Under the pieces are notes generated by a model. The model was not told the origin of the DNA, made no database searches, and worked only from the letters and a program-made list of their open reading frames with translations. Shown piece after piece: positions 53,752-64,000 of a stretch of 64,000 nt of DNA; position 1 is the stretch's first letter, and every line of letters begins with the position of its first letter. The DNA lies in the NCBI GenBank assembly GCA_021806925.1, contig JAKAPS010000005.1, positions 80-64,079 of the forward strand. The letters run 5' to 3'. The stretch is from a bacterium. Its GTDB lineage: Bacteria; Patescibacteriota; Dojkabacteria; JAKAPS01. The position numbers and the translations under genes were made by a program.

Positions 53752-55395
53752 ATGAGTCATGAGATTATTACTACAAGACCTGAAATAAATACTACAGAAG
53801 AAATAGAAGCATTAAATGTTCTTATAAGATTGCTTGGAAAGGATGAAGAAAAAGATGAATTATACAAAAGATATAAAGATAGTGATAAAAAAAATCGTAA
53901 TAAAGCTATATTTGACACTTTGAACATTACAAAACCTAGTGATAGGAAATTCATTAGAGAAGTACTAGAAGCTACTGATCGTATAGAGCTCGCACAAGAA
54001 GGCAAAGATACCTCATATTTGATAGAAGAATATACAATATTAGAACAATTGCTAAGGAGAAATATAGCGATAATAAAGAGATATAATCCTACTATTAGTG
54101 ATATAGATGATGTTAATAAAGCCATCATCGATACACTATTAAATGATCCATCACTAAGTGGACTAAATGTTAATACAATAATCGAGGAATACTCTAAGTT
54201 TTACGCAAAGAAGAGGATACGTACAATTTTGGGCACAGTTATGGGAATATCTGGAATAGCATTTACAGGTGTAGGAATAGGGACAGGTTTATTTATTCCT
54301 TTTATTGCAAGTGTGGTTGTTTCATCTATAGCGATAGGATTGGTAGGATATGTTATTAAACATGATTATAATGAAAATCGTACTGCTATAGAAAAGAAAG
54401 AAGCAAAACCAATAAAACGTATATTTAGTAAATTTGCTCCTTTTTATCCAATGACAGGGATAAATGAGGCATTAAAAAAATTCACTAATCCTGATAGTAT
54501 AGAATCAACTGATAGAGAAATGATGTTTAATAATTACAATGAACTAAAAGAATTTGCTGAAAAATATGAAGGTGGTAATTTTGCTAATGATTTCGTTAAT
54601 AAATCCTTAAAATGTTTATCTGAGGAAAAAGTAATAAAAGGATTAGAGGCTCATTTAAATCAAGTTCATGACACAATGGAAGAGCTGCTGAAGGCAATTC
54701 CAGAAAGTATGATGGACAATAGACACAAAGAACTAATGAAGTTTGCAGCTAAAATTCATGACCTATTTAAAGGATTAACAACTGCTAAAGGACAAATAAC
54801 TGCGGACCACTACATACTATTAGCTAAATTTATTGAAGATAACTTTACGAATAAAGTAGTAGAGATGGAAGCTTTAAGTAATGGTGAAGTTGAATTCCTC
54901 GCTGATGTAATTAAAAATCATGAAAACATACATCATGAAAGTGAATGCCTTAAAGTAGCAATAGATGATACGACATATACAACACCTAACAGTAAAGGAC
55001 TCGCACGCATGTTTATACTTATAGCGGATGTCATTACAAATTCAGTAGTATTCAATGGTGAAAGTAGAAAAATAAAAGTAAGTGAAGAAACACTTTATAG
55101 ATATCTCGATTTGTGTAGCAGGCATATTAACCCTGAAACTAGAAAAATTTTTAGACCAGAATGGGTATCTATAACCGCAATAACCTTAATCAAAATTTTT
55201 GATAAATTAATTGAGAACGGTGTTAGTGTAGATACTAGCTATAGGTCAGACATATTAGATGGTGTAATTAATGTTATGAATAATGATATGAATAATCTAA
55301 ATAACAAATCTGAAGAAAGTAGAGTACAGACTGAACTTGCAAAACTGAAAGCCTTCAAGCAAACAACTGATAATCAATCTAATCAAAATCAATAG
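53752..55395 (+). CDS. Membrane-anchored hypothetical protein with an HD-like domain
   Basis: Two TM helices, then H...IHD...H...NHE...AD metal-ligand spacing; promoter TTGATT-N17-TATAAT just upstream. Confidence 0.6.
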   Translation: MSHEIITTRPEINTTEEIEALNVLIRLLGKDEEKDELYKRYKDSDKKNRNKAIFDTLNITKPSDRKFIREVLEATDRIELAQEGKDTSYLIEEYTILEQLLRRNIAIIKRYNPTISDIDDVNKAIIDTLLNDPSLSGLNVNTIIEEYSKFYAKKRIRTILGTVMGISGIAFTGVGIGTGLFIPFIASVVVSSIAIGLVGYVIKHDYNENRTAIEKKEAKPIKRIFSKFAPFYPMTGINEALKKFTNPDSIESTDREMMFNNYNELKEFAEKYEGGNFANDFVNKSLKCLSEEKVIKGLEAHLNQVHDTMEELLKAIPESMMDNRHKELMKFAAKIHDLFKGLTTAKGQITADHYILLAKFIEDNFTNKVVEMEALSNGEVEFLADVIKNHENIHHESECLKVAIDDTTYTTPNSKGLARMFILIADVITNSVVFNGESRKIKVSEETLYRYLDLCSRHINPETRKIFRPEWVSITAITLIKIFDKLIENGVSVDTSYRSDILDGVINVMNNDMNNLNNKSEESRVQTELAKLKAFKQTTDNQSNQNQ

Positions 55396-55405
55396 ATTTT
55401 AGGAT

Positions 55406-55711
55406 TTATAACGGATCTTTCGCAAAATTTTCACATGAAACATCCTGTTTGTATTGATATATATGGACAAAGAACAAATATTGCAAGAAATGTGTTGTCA
55501 CTAAATAATGGTATACAGAGTGAAAATTATATGCTATATTTTATATAAAATGATGAGATGTTTTCTTACAGAGAAAAGTGATTAATTCAATGAAATAAGC
55601 ATAAAACAGGGTTTGTAGTCACTAAAAAAATACATCCTGTTAACAAAAAAAGCTTAACATCAATATTAACGACATAATTTCAAACATTATCCTGCGGAAG
55701 ATCCGTTATAA
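55406..55711. mobile_element. MITE-like non-autonomous element
   Basis: 19-bp terminal inverted repeats TTATAACGGATCTTTCGCA / TGCGGAAGATCCGTTATAA (18/19); second partial copy at 28302-28468. Confidence 0.75.
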
Positions 55712-55836
55712 CTCAAGTTAAACAAACTTTACCCATTGTAAAAGTAGGAACGTTGATAAATCAATGAACATATTCCAAGTTTTGAAGGATAAGTAAAAAC
55801 ATTGACTAGATAGGATAAAGTGGGCAAAATTTAATT

Positions 55837-56700
55837 ATGACAAAAAAAAATTGCCCCAACTAAATGATAAGGAAATGTCATTCATAAATCAACTTTGTGA
55901 ATTTTTGCCTGACAGAAGGGCAGGCAAAAGAGGAACGAAGCCTATACCAAAACATATTCTAATACAAGAACTTTTCCTCCTAAATATGGATGGATTAAAG
56001 TGGAGCAGAATTAGACTGCTTCTACTGTAAGAAGATATATGGAGGAGTGTCAAAGAAGAGGAATGTATAAAAAGTTCTTCAATAATCTTAATAAAAATTT
56101 TAAAAAATACAGACCAAGTAAAAGTATTATAGATAGTACCTAAAAATTGAATCATTCAAGTTTAAAAGAGGAGTAGCATACAGTGGAAAAAGTCACAAAT
56201 ACGCATGTAAGATTACATAGGAACGTATCCCTTTAGGGAGTAGAAATTTAGGTACGTATCTCTAGCATAGAGAAATGAAGAATATATTCCATTGACAGTA
56301 ATATTTGCAAAAGGGTCAAGTGCTGAGTCACTGGTACTCCGCAGTGAGTAAAGGAACTTGATAAAGTACTTATAAAGCAAGATAAATTACCATATAACAT
56401 GTATTTGGATATGGGATATGAAAAGTATGAAAGAAGAAGAGAAATGAGAAAGAGAGGATGTAGAATTCATATGGAGCATAGGAACGTATCTCTTAAGAGA
56501 AAAGATTAAGAAAAATTCAAAAAAGAAGGGACCTAGATTTTCCTTTACTGACGAGAGCAAAGTACTCATGCTGAGTATAAGAAGATAAGGAAGAAAATTG
56601 AAACATTTTTTGCATTGGTACAGTCATTTTGGAGGATAAGATTTAGGAGAGAAAGAAAAAATTCATTGAGTTTTGTTGAATGAGTTCAAGCTTTTCAGCT
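55837..56700 (+). pseudogene. IS5-family transposase pseudogene with multiple frameshifts
   Basis: Fragments KRGTKPIPK, GLKWSRI, TVRRYMEEC, SIIDS, YSGK, YLDMGYE, RKKIETFFA; bounds approximate. Confidence 0.7.
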
Positions 56701-56746
56701 AAATATTACGCTTCTTCTTTTATTGCAATGACTATCCCTATCTTCA

Positions 56747-57223
56747 TTATTTCATAGTTGTGATATATGCAAGAACATCAAAATCGGGATCAAAAAACTC
56801 AATCATTTCCAAATCCGGACGATCAATAATTCTCAAATTATTTGGATTTTTCTCTAAAAAATTCTTTTTAAATAAGTTCACATCAGGAACATGGAAGTCA
56901 TTACATCCTACTTGCATTCTATATGGATCTGGCTGTCTTATACGAATAAGGGTCAGATCGTTATGTGGTAAATGGACGGGAACATGAAGGTTCACATATA
57001 TGCCATGATGTTGATCGTTATTAAACTCACCTAAAGTGAGCAGCAAGGTTTTTACATATTCGTATTCATCTTGGTAGTGAGAGAATATGGTTAACCCCTC
57101 AATTGGGAATTCCAAATTAGTAATTCTTTTACATAATTTTGTGGTATTTTCAGCAACATAATGAATAGCTTCTTTTAAAGTCTTTTCATCTCTTATTGGA
57201 CTAAATCGATATAATTTGCTCAT
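56747..57223 (-). CDS. Conserved hypothetical protein (possible VOC/YecM-like fold)
   Basis: 158-aa ORF, LIRIRQPDPYRMQVGCNDF. Confidence 0.65.
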   Translation of the reverse strand: MSKLYRFSPIRDEKTLKEAIHYVAENTTKLCKRITNLEFPIEGLTIFSHYQDEYEYVKTLLLTLGEFNNDQHHGIYVNLHVPVHLPHNDLTLIRIRQPDPYRMQVGCNDFHVPDVNLFKKNFLEKNPNNLRIIDRPDLEMIEFFDPDFDVLAYITTMK

Positions 57224-57467
57224 GGTTTATATACGCCTTTCTACAAAACATTTTAGACCAACTATATCATGAACCTTATGATCATAAAGATATGTCTTAA
57301 TCCAATATGTATATTCTATACCGTCCGATCTGACACAATCTTTTTTGAGATACGTTCTACCAATACCATAGTACACGCTACTTTATACGATGTCAACTAG
57401 CCGTGTTAGCCAAGACGTTTGTATTCAAAATACTCAATAGTAACACTCATTTTATATTTCATTTTTC

Positions 57468-58050
57468 TCACTTATTTTGAAGTCTATTCAAGAATTTGTT
57501 TAATTGTATTCTACTAATACCATATGACCTAATGGATACATGGGAATCAAGTTCACTATGAAAATCACTAACTCCTGTGAATATTATTCCATTGTTTTTT
57601 GCATATTCAGTTAATACTTCCCTTAATTCATTGCTGTTATTTCTTGGGTGGGTTAATTCAATCGCATCTAAACCAGAGATTATTAAATCAGTTATAACAG
57701 AAATAAATCTTTCCTTTCCAATTTTGTTATAGAATTGACCTGGATGTGCTATAGAAGTTATACCATTTGATTTTAGTTCATCTCTATTTGTAAATTTATT
57801 TGAGTATGCTAGTAAATGAATATCAACATCCATATATCTGGTTGAAAACCAATACCCTCTATGTATTTTACATCTCTTCCAGATGCAATTAATCTTGTAT
57901 TCTCAAATTCAGTTTCGTCTAATAGAAAATTATGATCAGTAATTGAAATTACTTTTATACCATAACCATATGCAATTTCGATTATTTCATGTGGCGTATA
58001 TATACCATCAGAATTTACTAAGTGAATTTGCAAATCAGATATGTATTTTT
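57468..58050 (-). pseudogene. PHP-domain phosphoesterase pseudogene
   Basis: DLQIH..SDG, ITDHN, IHLLAY, AHP, GLDAIE, SDFH split across frames; start codon lost. Confidence 0.8.
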
Positions 58051-58254
58051 TTATAGATGTAAATTAATATACTATAAAGACATGTAATGTATATATATAA
58101 ATATATAACTCATTTATTAAGATAGCAAAGTGTATTAAAAATGTATTAAATTATATGAAAAGTTTTTACCTTATTCAAAAAGAAGCATGCTACTTGTTTT
58201 ATAAGCAATCAGATACAATTATATTGTAAAAATAGTCGAATATAACTAGGAAAA

Positions 58255-60492
58255 ATGAAACAAAGATTAGCATATGACGTTATCTCTAATATATTTCCAG
58301 AATCAGATAATTTAGACGAAAGACTCGAATATATAAAGAAGTCGATGAATTCAATCAATTCATTTCAAGTAGTATGTGCAGTATTCAGTATTCGTCCTGA
58401 AGATATATTTATTAATAAAACCAGGATAGATGACGTAATCTACTATATTTCATCAGCAAACAATATACCTATAGAACAGGCTAAGGACATATATAGCACT
58501 GGTACGGAATCAATATCGACAATAATAGATTATGCACTTACGCATAATGTTTCTGATATATCTGGTGAAATAAATTACAGCAAGATAGTCGATATGGTTA
58601 TATATAACTTTAAACCATATCCCTCTTTACTAAATGATTCACATAAATATATCTCTGTTATGATGAAATTGTCCAGAGTTTACTCGCTTTATCAACAAAA
58701 TCTATATATTGATCAAACTACTCAGGCATTAAACAACAAATCAATTAAAGTCGAACAATCTGAAAGTATTTCAGTTAATGTAAATAGCAAATTACTTAGT
58801 TCTAATGCAAAACTTGTTATACATCTATCAATCAATGGGTTAAGTAGTTATCAAATAGAGAGAACTTTAATTGATAGGAAACTAGTATCATCACATGAAG
58901 AATGGATATCACTACTTGAAGAAATATATATGTCGAACAAGAATAATGAAATAAATGAATATTATAATAGCTCCAGTGGAACTAGGTATACTAAAGACCC
59001 AAATTTTGAATTATTTGTAAAAAAAATAAAAGAAATTGGTATAGAACGAAATAGGATAGTAACACTCGAAGAAATTATCAATACAGTATATAAAATATAT
59101 GTATCAGATGGCTCAATAAATATTGGACTTTCAAAAGACAGCTATAATCAATTAACAACAGTACTTAAAAAATTCAAAATTCTACTCAGTGACGAACTAT
59201 TAATTGAATTTCTCTTTAATCAAGGTGATATAACAATTGCAATCTACAGGAAAACTCTTGCAAATGCTTTAACAAAGGTAATTAAATATATAGGAATATC
59301 ACAAAATGACGTTAATGTTGTACAAACATCATCAATACATGATTTGCTTAAATTTACTACTGAGGAAATAAAATCAAAACAAGAAGGAACAAGAATAAGA
59401 ATACCCTTTTCAATATATGATGTGCGTGAGGAATTAAGGCAATTGCTAGTATCAACTGATTGGATAAAAAGATTTCCGCATACTAAAACGCTCTCACATT
59501 CTTCTATTGAATTTATAAATGAATTTCTTTTTGGCGAACATGAAAAACCTCTTTATGTAGTTTCAAAAGAATTTGGTCTATCAGCTCAACAAACGAATAG
59601 AATGCTTAGGAGACTTTTATTAGTAGTCAAAAGCTATGAATTATCAAAACAAGTTGTATTATCAAATAGATCTGAATCCAAATACATTACAAACATCAGG
59701 AAAATTATTGAATATTTCAGGGATATTAATGAATCAGAGTATATACTTTCTGCAATTCTTAGTTTAGCACAGCAAAAATATTTACAGCAGATATTCAAAT
59801 TCTTAAGAGAAAGGAAACAAATTGGAACATATGATAAAGATGGTACATATATTGAACCTGTTTCAAAACATATTATACAAGTTATTTTAAACAAAATTGA
59901 AATCAACAAGAATGATACAGTACCACTAAATGTATACAATTTTTTAGTGTATGCTTCAAGATTATCTAAAAATACAGAGATTGATATTAATAGGGCTCTG
60001 AAATATATACATAATCAATCAATGTATATACGTAGAAGAAGAATTCCTGAAAGCATATCATACGAAGGAAAGATAACGATACGCCCAATAGATTTTGCTT
60101 CAATAGCATTTAGAAATGCAATGCGGAATTTAGGGTTATCACCGTTTGAAACTGGTGGATTTAATTTCTGGCTACATGCTCTATCCGATTCAGGTATTGT
60201 TGGAACTTACGGATATAACCCATTAAGCAATGTTGAAAATAGGATGGATAATGTAAAAGAGTTTCTTCAAATTACACTTAAAAGATATACAGAAACATTT
60301 CCACATTCCAGAGGGATGAGATTGAAGAAATATTTAAATACTCTAAGAATCAAGGTTGGACTACATCAATTGAATAAAAGTAATAGCGATGTATCAATTA
60401 CAGAATTTATTGAAACCATAACAAATAGAAAAATTAATGCAGTTGAAGCATATGTCGCCATATGTATAGCAACAAAAACGAACCAAAATTAA
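58255..60492 (+). CDS. Large hypothetical protein with a possible sigma-70 region-4-like HTH
   Basis: 745-aa ORF; LSHSSIEFINEFLFGEHEKPLYVVSKEFGLSAQQTNRML segment. Confidence 0.6.
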   Translation: MKQRLAYDVISNIFPESDNLDERLEYIKKSMNSINSFQVVCAVFSIRPEDIFINKTRIDDVIYYISSANNIPIEQAKDIYSTGTESISTIIDYALTHNVSDISGEINYSKIVDMVIYNFKPYPSLLNDSHKYISVMMKLSRVYSLYQQNLYIDQTTQALNNKSIKVEQSESISVNVNSKLLSSNAKLVIHLSINGLSSYQIERTLIDRKLVSSHEEWISLLEEIYMSNKNNEINEYYNSSSGTRYTKDPNFELFVKKIKEIGIERNRIVTLEEIINTVYKIYVSDGSINIGLSKDSYNQLTTVLKKFKILLSDELLIEFLFNQGDITIAIYRKTLANALTKVIKYIGISQNDVNVVQTSSIHDLLKFTTEEIKSKQEGTRIRIPFSIYDVREELRQLLVSTDWIKRFPHTKTLSHSSIEFINEFLFGEHEKPLYVVSKEFGLSAQQTNRMLRRLLLVVKSYELSKQVVLSNRSESKYITNIRKIIEYFRDINESEYILSAILSLAQQKYLQQIFKFLRERKQIGTYDKDGTYIEPVSKHIIQVILNKIEINKNDTVPLNVYNFLVYASRLSKNTEIDINRALKYIHNQSMYIRRRRIPESISYEGKITIRPIDFASIAFRNAMRNLGLSPFETGGFNFWLHALSDSGIVGTYGYNPLSNVENRMDNVKEFLQITLKRYTETFPHSRGMRLKKYLNTLRIKVGLHQLNKSNSDVSITEFIETITNRKINAVEAYVAICIATKTNQN

Positions 60493-60593
60493 AGAGTTAT
60501 ATATATTTTTTTTTAATATTTAAACAATCTGGTGAAAATAAGTTACAGATAAAAATTGATATTTTAATCATATGAATATAATATATATAGGTA

Positions 60594-62369
60594 ATGACTG
60601 TACTTGAAGCTTTAATAAGTTTAAAGAAATTAACTGATGGGGATGCTGAAAAAATAAAGCTTGAAAGCGTAAAACAAGGTATTCCTCCTGAAGCGATATT
60701 AATTTCAAGACACCTGGTAAGTAGTAATGACCTCACAGTAGCTAGAAGCGTATCATATAATATTCCGTTTATAGATTTATCCAAGATACAGATAAATAGG
60801 GAAGTACTTAATGTATTGGATGAAAAAAACGCAAGAAGTCATCAGTGCGTCATATTTGAATTGATTGATGATGGGTCTGTAAAGATGGCAATGGTTGATC
60901 CAATGGATATACAGTCGATTCGTTATCTTGAAAAATTAATATCAAAAAGAATAATTCCATATTTTGCATATAAAGAGCAGATACTTAACATATTAGAAAC
61001 GAAGTATGGAGCTCAGATCGAGAGTAAAGTAGTAGGGGATATAGAACAAGCACATAAGGAAGGTATCTTCCAGCTTGAGGAGGATAAGGATGCAAGACTT
61101 GAGTTAATTGCCTCTAATTCTTCAATGGCTCCTATTGTAAAGATAATAAATACTGTACTTGATTTTGCACTAAAAGCAAAAGCATCTGATGTACATATTG
61201 AACCTCTAAAAGATAGACTTCGATTTAGATTTAGAGTAAACGGTATTCTTGTTGAAAAGTTGTCTATACCAATAACATTCCACGCACCTATTGTATCTAG
61301 GATAAAAATAATGAGCAGGCTTAAGATTGATGAAAAAAGAATACCACAAGACGGTAGATTTGATTTAAAAACTACAGATAGTGGAGATGTTGACGTTAGG
61401 GTATCAACACTACCTGCAAATTATGGTGAAAAGATTGTATTAAGGTTATTGAAAAAAACAGGAGGTATCCCCAAACTTGATGATGCTGGACTTAGAGGTA
61501 GCGCATATAAAGTGTATATGGAATCTCTAAAAGCAACATCTGGAATTGTGCTTGTTACAGGACCTACTGGAAGCGGTAAGACACAAACTCTTGCAAGTTC
61601 TCTTTCCATACTTAACAAAGAAGCTGTTAACATTGTATCAATTGAAGACCCTGTAGAAATAGTAATTGATGGAGTCAACCAGGTTCAGGTAAATAATGAA
61701 GCCGGATTAACTTTTGCATCAGCTCTAAGGTCTTTTTTAAGACAGGATCCTAATATAATAATGGTAGGGGAGATACGTGATGAGGAAACTGCACGTCTTG
61801 CAACACAAGCTGCCCTAACAGGGCATCTTGTATTATCAACAATTCATACTAATAGTGCTGCAGGTGCTTTACCAAGATTAATGGATATGGGTATAGAAAC
61901 ATATCTTATCTCATCTACTGTTGATGTGGTTGTAGCCCAAAGGCTAGTAAGAGTATTGTGTGAAGACTGCAAAGCTCATTTTTCTGCAAGTGATGAAGTA
62001 AAAGTTGATATATTAAAAATGATAGGAGCTCTTAGCAGTTTTGATGTTAACAGTATTGCAAAGAATACAGCAGAAAAGCTGAAAGAAAAATTTCCAGAAG
62101 AGAACATTGATACAGATAAGATATATATGTATAAACCTGTTGGGTGTGCTAAATGTAATAACACTGGATACACAGGTAGAATTGGAGTATTTGAAGTATT
62201 AAAGATAACTCCTGAGATATCTCAGATGATAATAAAGAGATTGAGTGACAAGGATATTGAAAATAGGGCAAAAGAGAATGGCATGATAAGTATGTTGCAG
62301 GATGGATTACTCAGAGTACTGGAAGGAACGACTACTCTTGAAGAAGTTATAAGAGTTTTGAAAGATTAA
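60594..62369 (+). CDS. pilB: Type IV pilus assembly ATPase PilB/GspE
   Basis: ASDVHIEP, PQDGRF, GPTGSGKT, LRQDPNIIMVGEIRD, CxxC...CxxC. Confidence 0.95.
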   Translation: MTVLEALISLKKLTDGDAEKIKLESVKQGIPPEAILISRHLVSSNDLTVARSVSYNIPFIDLSKIQINREVLNVLDEKNARSHQCVIFELIDDGSVKMAMVDPMDIQSIRYLEKLISKRIIPYFAYKEQILNILETKYGAQIESKVVGDIEQAHKEGIFQLEEDKDARLELIASNSSMAPIVKIINTVLDFALKAKASDVHIEPLKDRLRFRFRVNGILVEKLSIPITFHAPIVSRIKIMSRLKIDEKRIPQDGRFDLKTTDSGDVDVRVSTLPANYGEKIVLRLLKKTGGIPKLDDAGLRGSAYKVYMESLKATSGIVLVTGPTGSGKTQTLASSLSILNKEAVNIVSIEDPVEIVIDGVNQVQVNNEAGLTFASALRSFLRQDPNIIMVGEIRDEETARLATQAALTGHLVLSTIHTNSAAGALPRLMDMGIETYLISSTVDVVVAQRLVRVLCEDCKAHFSASDEVKVDILKMIGALSSFDVNSIAKNTAEKLKEKFPEENIDTDKIYMYKPVGCAKCNNTGYTGRIGVFEVLKITPEISQMIIKRLSDKDIENRAKENGMISMLQDGLLRVLEGTTTLEEVIRVLKD

Positions 62370-62399
62370 TTTATTATGTGTTAATATATATTTAGAAAT

Positions 62400-63443
62400 A
62401 TGGATGATTTATTAGATATAGTTATAAAAAGAAATGCATCTGATTTACATTTAGTTGCAACGTATCCGCCGATTATTCGTGTTGACGGCTCTCTTGAATA
62501 CATAAATTCTACAGAATTGACTAAAGAAGTAATCGAATTACAGTTAAAATCCTTACTTAATGAAGAGCAAAAAAAGATACTTGATGAATATAAGGAATTA
62601 GATCTTGTATATGCTCATAAATCTGGAAATAGATTTAGAATAAATATTTTTTATGAAAGGGGAAATCTTTCAGGAGCTTTTAGATTAATTCCTACTTCAA
62701 TAAAATCAGTTGAAGGATTAGGACTTCCATCTATTCTTCATGAATTCACAAGATTGAAGCAAGGATTTATTCTTGTGACAGGACCAACTGGACATGGAAA
62801 AACAACAACAGTTGCATCAATATTGCAGGAAATTAATGATAAGTATCCTAGAAATATAATTACAATTGAAGATCCAATTGAATACATATTTCCGAAATCA
62901 AAGGCATTAGTATCTCAAAGGGAGCTTGGTAGAGACACTTTAAGCTGGGATAATTCTCTAAAGAGTGTTCTAAGAGAAGATCCTGACATTGTTTTTATAG
63001 GTGAGATGCGTGATTTTGATACAATATCAAGTGCAATTACAATTGCAGAAACTGGACACCTTGTATTTGCAACTCTTCACACAAATAGTGCATCTCAAAC
63101 AATTGACAGAATAATTGATGTATTCCCAGAGAATCAACAAAACCAGGTCAGAAGTCAACTAGCAAGTATCATTGAATGTATAATATCTCAAAGGCTTATT
63201 GAGTCAAATAAAGGAGGTAGAGTTGTAGCAAGTGAAGTACTTTTAGCAACACCTGCTGTAAGAAATATTATACGTGAGGGTAAGACTTATCAAATTGATA
63301 ATGTAATTCAAACATCATCAGACCTTGGTATGATTTCACTTGAAAGATCTCTTGTTTCTCTTGTTAAAGAAGGGAAAATCTCTATTGAAAAAGCTCAACA
63401 AGTAGCTAGCAGACCTGATGAAATATTGAGATTGTTTAGATAA
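62400..63443 (+). CDS. pilT: Type IV pilus retraction ATPase PilT
   Basis: ASDLHL, GPTGHGKTTT, LREDPD, AETGHLVFATLH, AVRNIIRE. Confidence 0.95.
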   Translation: MDDLLDIVIKRNASDLHLVATYPPIIRVDGSLEYINSTELTKEVIELQLKSLLNEEQKKILDEYKELDLVYAHKSGNRFRINIFYERGNLSGAFRLIPTSIKSVEGLGLPSILHEFTRLKQGFILVTGPTGHGKTTTVASILQEINDKYPRNIITIEDPIEYIFPKSKALVSQRELGRDTLSWDNSLKSVLREDPDIVFIGEMRDFDTISSAITIAETGHLVFATLHTNSASQTIDRIIDVFPENQQNQVRSQLASIIECIISQRLIESNKGGRVVASEVLLATPAVRNIIREGKTYQIDNVIQTSSDLGMISLERSLVSLVKEGKISIEKAQQVASRPDEILRLFR

Positions 63444-63467
63444 TTATTTATTTTATTAATAGTAAAA

Positions 63468-64000
63468 ATGATTTTATACAACTATAAAGGAAAAAATAAG
63501 AAAGGGGAGTCAGTCAGTGGAGTTATTGAAGCAAGGGATGAACAAGCAGTTGCTGATGAACTAATTGAAAAAGGTATAATTCCAATAAAGATAAGAAAAC
63601 AACAGGAATTTATTCATGTACTAGATAATTTATTTAATTCTAAGCCGGTATCTATTAAAGAGAAGGTTATATTTTACCGTGAATTCTCTACAATGATATC
63701 AGCAGGGCTTCCAATTGATGATTCTATTGAAGTTGTGCTAAACCAGTCAACAGACCAAAATTTTAAACATTTACTAACCGATATATTAAAGCTTATTAAA
63801 ACAGGTAGTAATCTATCAGATGCACTTAGTAAGTACCCAAAGGTATTCACATCTGTAGAAATAAACCTAATTAGGGCATCTGAAGCATCAGGAAAGCTTG
63901 AAACTGTTATAGCTAGACTTGCAGACGATGTAGAACAATCATCGATACTTCAAGGTAAAATTAAAGGGGCATTATCATACCCAATATTTGTTATTGTCAT
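63468..64000 (+). CDS. pilC: Type IV pilus platform protein PilC/GspF (runs off the window)
   Basis: MILYNYKGKNKKGESVSGVIEA...FYREFSTMISAGLPI...EASGKLE...IKGALSYP; follows pilB-pilT. Confidence 0.92.
   Translation, partial: MILYNYKGKNKKGESVSGVIEARDEQAVADELIEKGIIPIKIRKQQEFIHVLDNLFNSKPVSIKEKVIFYREFSTMISAGLPIDDSIEVVLNQSTDQNFKHLLTDILKLIKTGSNLSDALSKYPKVFTSVEINLIRASEASGKLETVIARLADDVEQSSILQGKIKGALSYPIFVIV

Overview
AT-rich bacterial chromosome segment using the standard code (TGA is a stop). Its gene content resembles Patescibacteria/CPR: housekeeping genes (tig, clpP, trxB, UvrD-nuclease fusion, infC-rpmI-rplT-pheS-pheT, class A PBP, recG, rsmD, rpmF-nusB-rnc, rpsP-KH, gyrB with a 447-aa intein, gyrA), a large type IV pilus set and almost no Shine-Dalgarno motifs. 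The taxon is inferred from content only. The standout is a ~7 kb island (2119-9194) starting exactly at the 3' end of tRNA-Val(GAC). It is a head-to-tail array of at least six small co-oriented gene cassettes (S66 peptidase, VOC, DUF4287-like, GNAT, HicBA, NYN pseudogene, metallophosphoesterase). The cassettes are separated by a conserved ~70-100 bp hairpin-like junction (AAAGTGTGAACTTCACACATGGTTCCCA ... inverted arm). One half of this junction sits next to the tRNA and the other half at the distal end. No recombinase is in the window and the sites are not classical attC, so this looks like an integron-like, tRNA-anchored cassette-stacking system. The window also holds an IS66 copy without target duplication, IS5 and IS1634 relics, a MITE-like element in two copies, two frameshifts at simple repeats, and a Fic-wHTH gene with a striking operator-like array.
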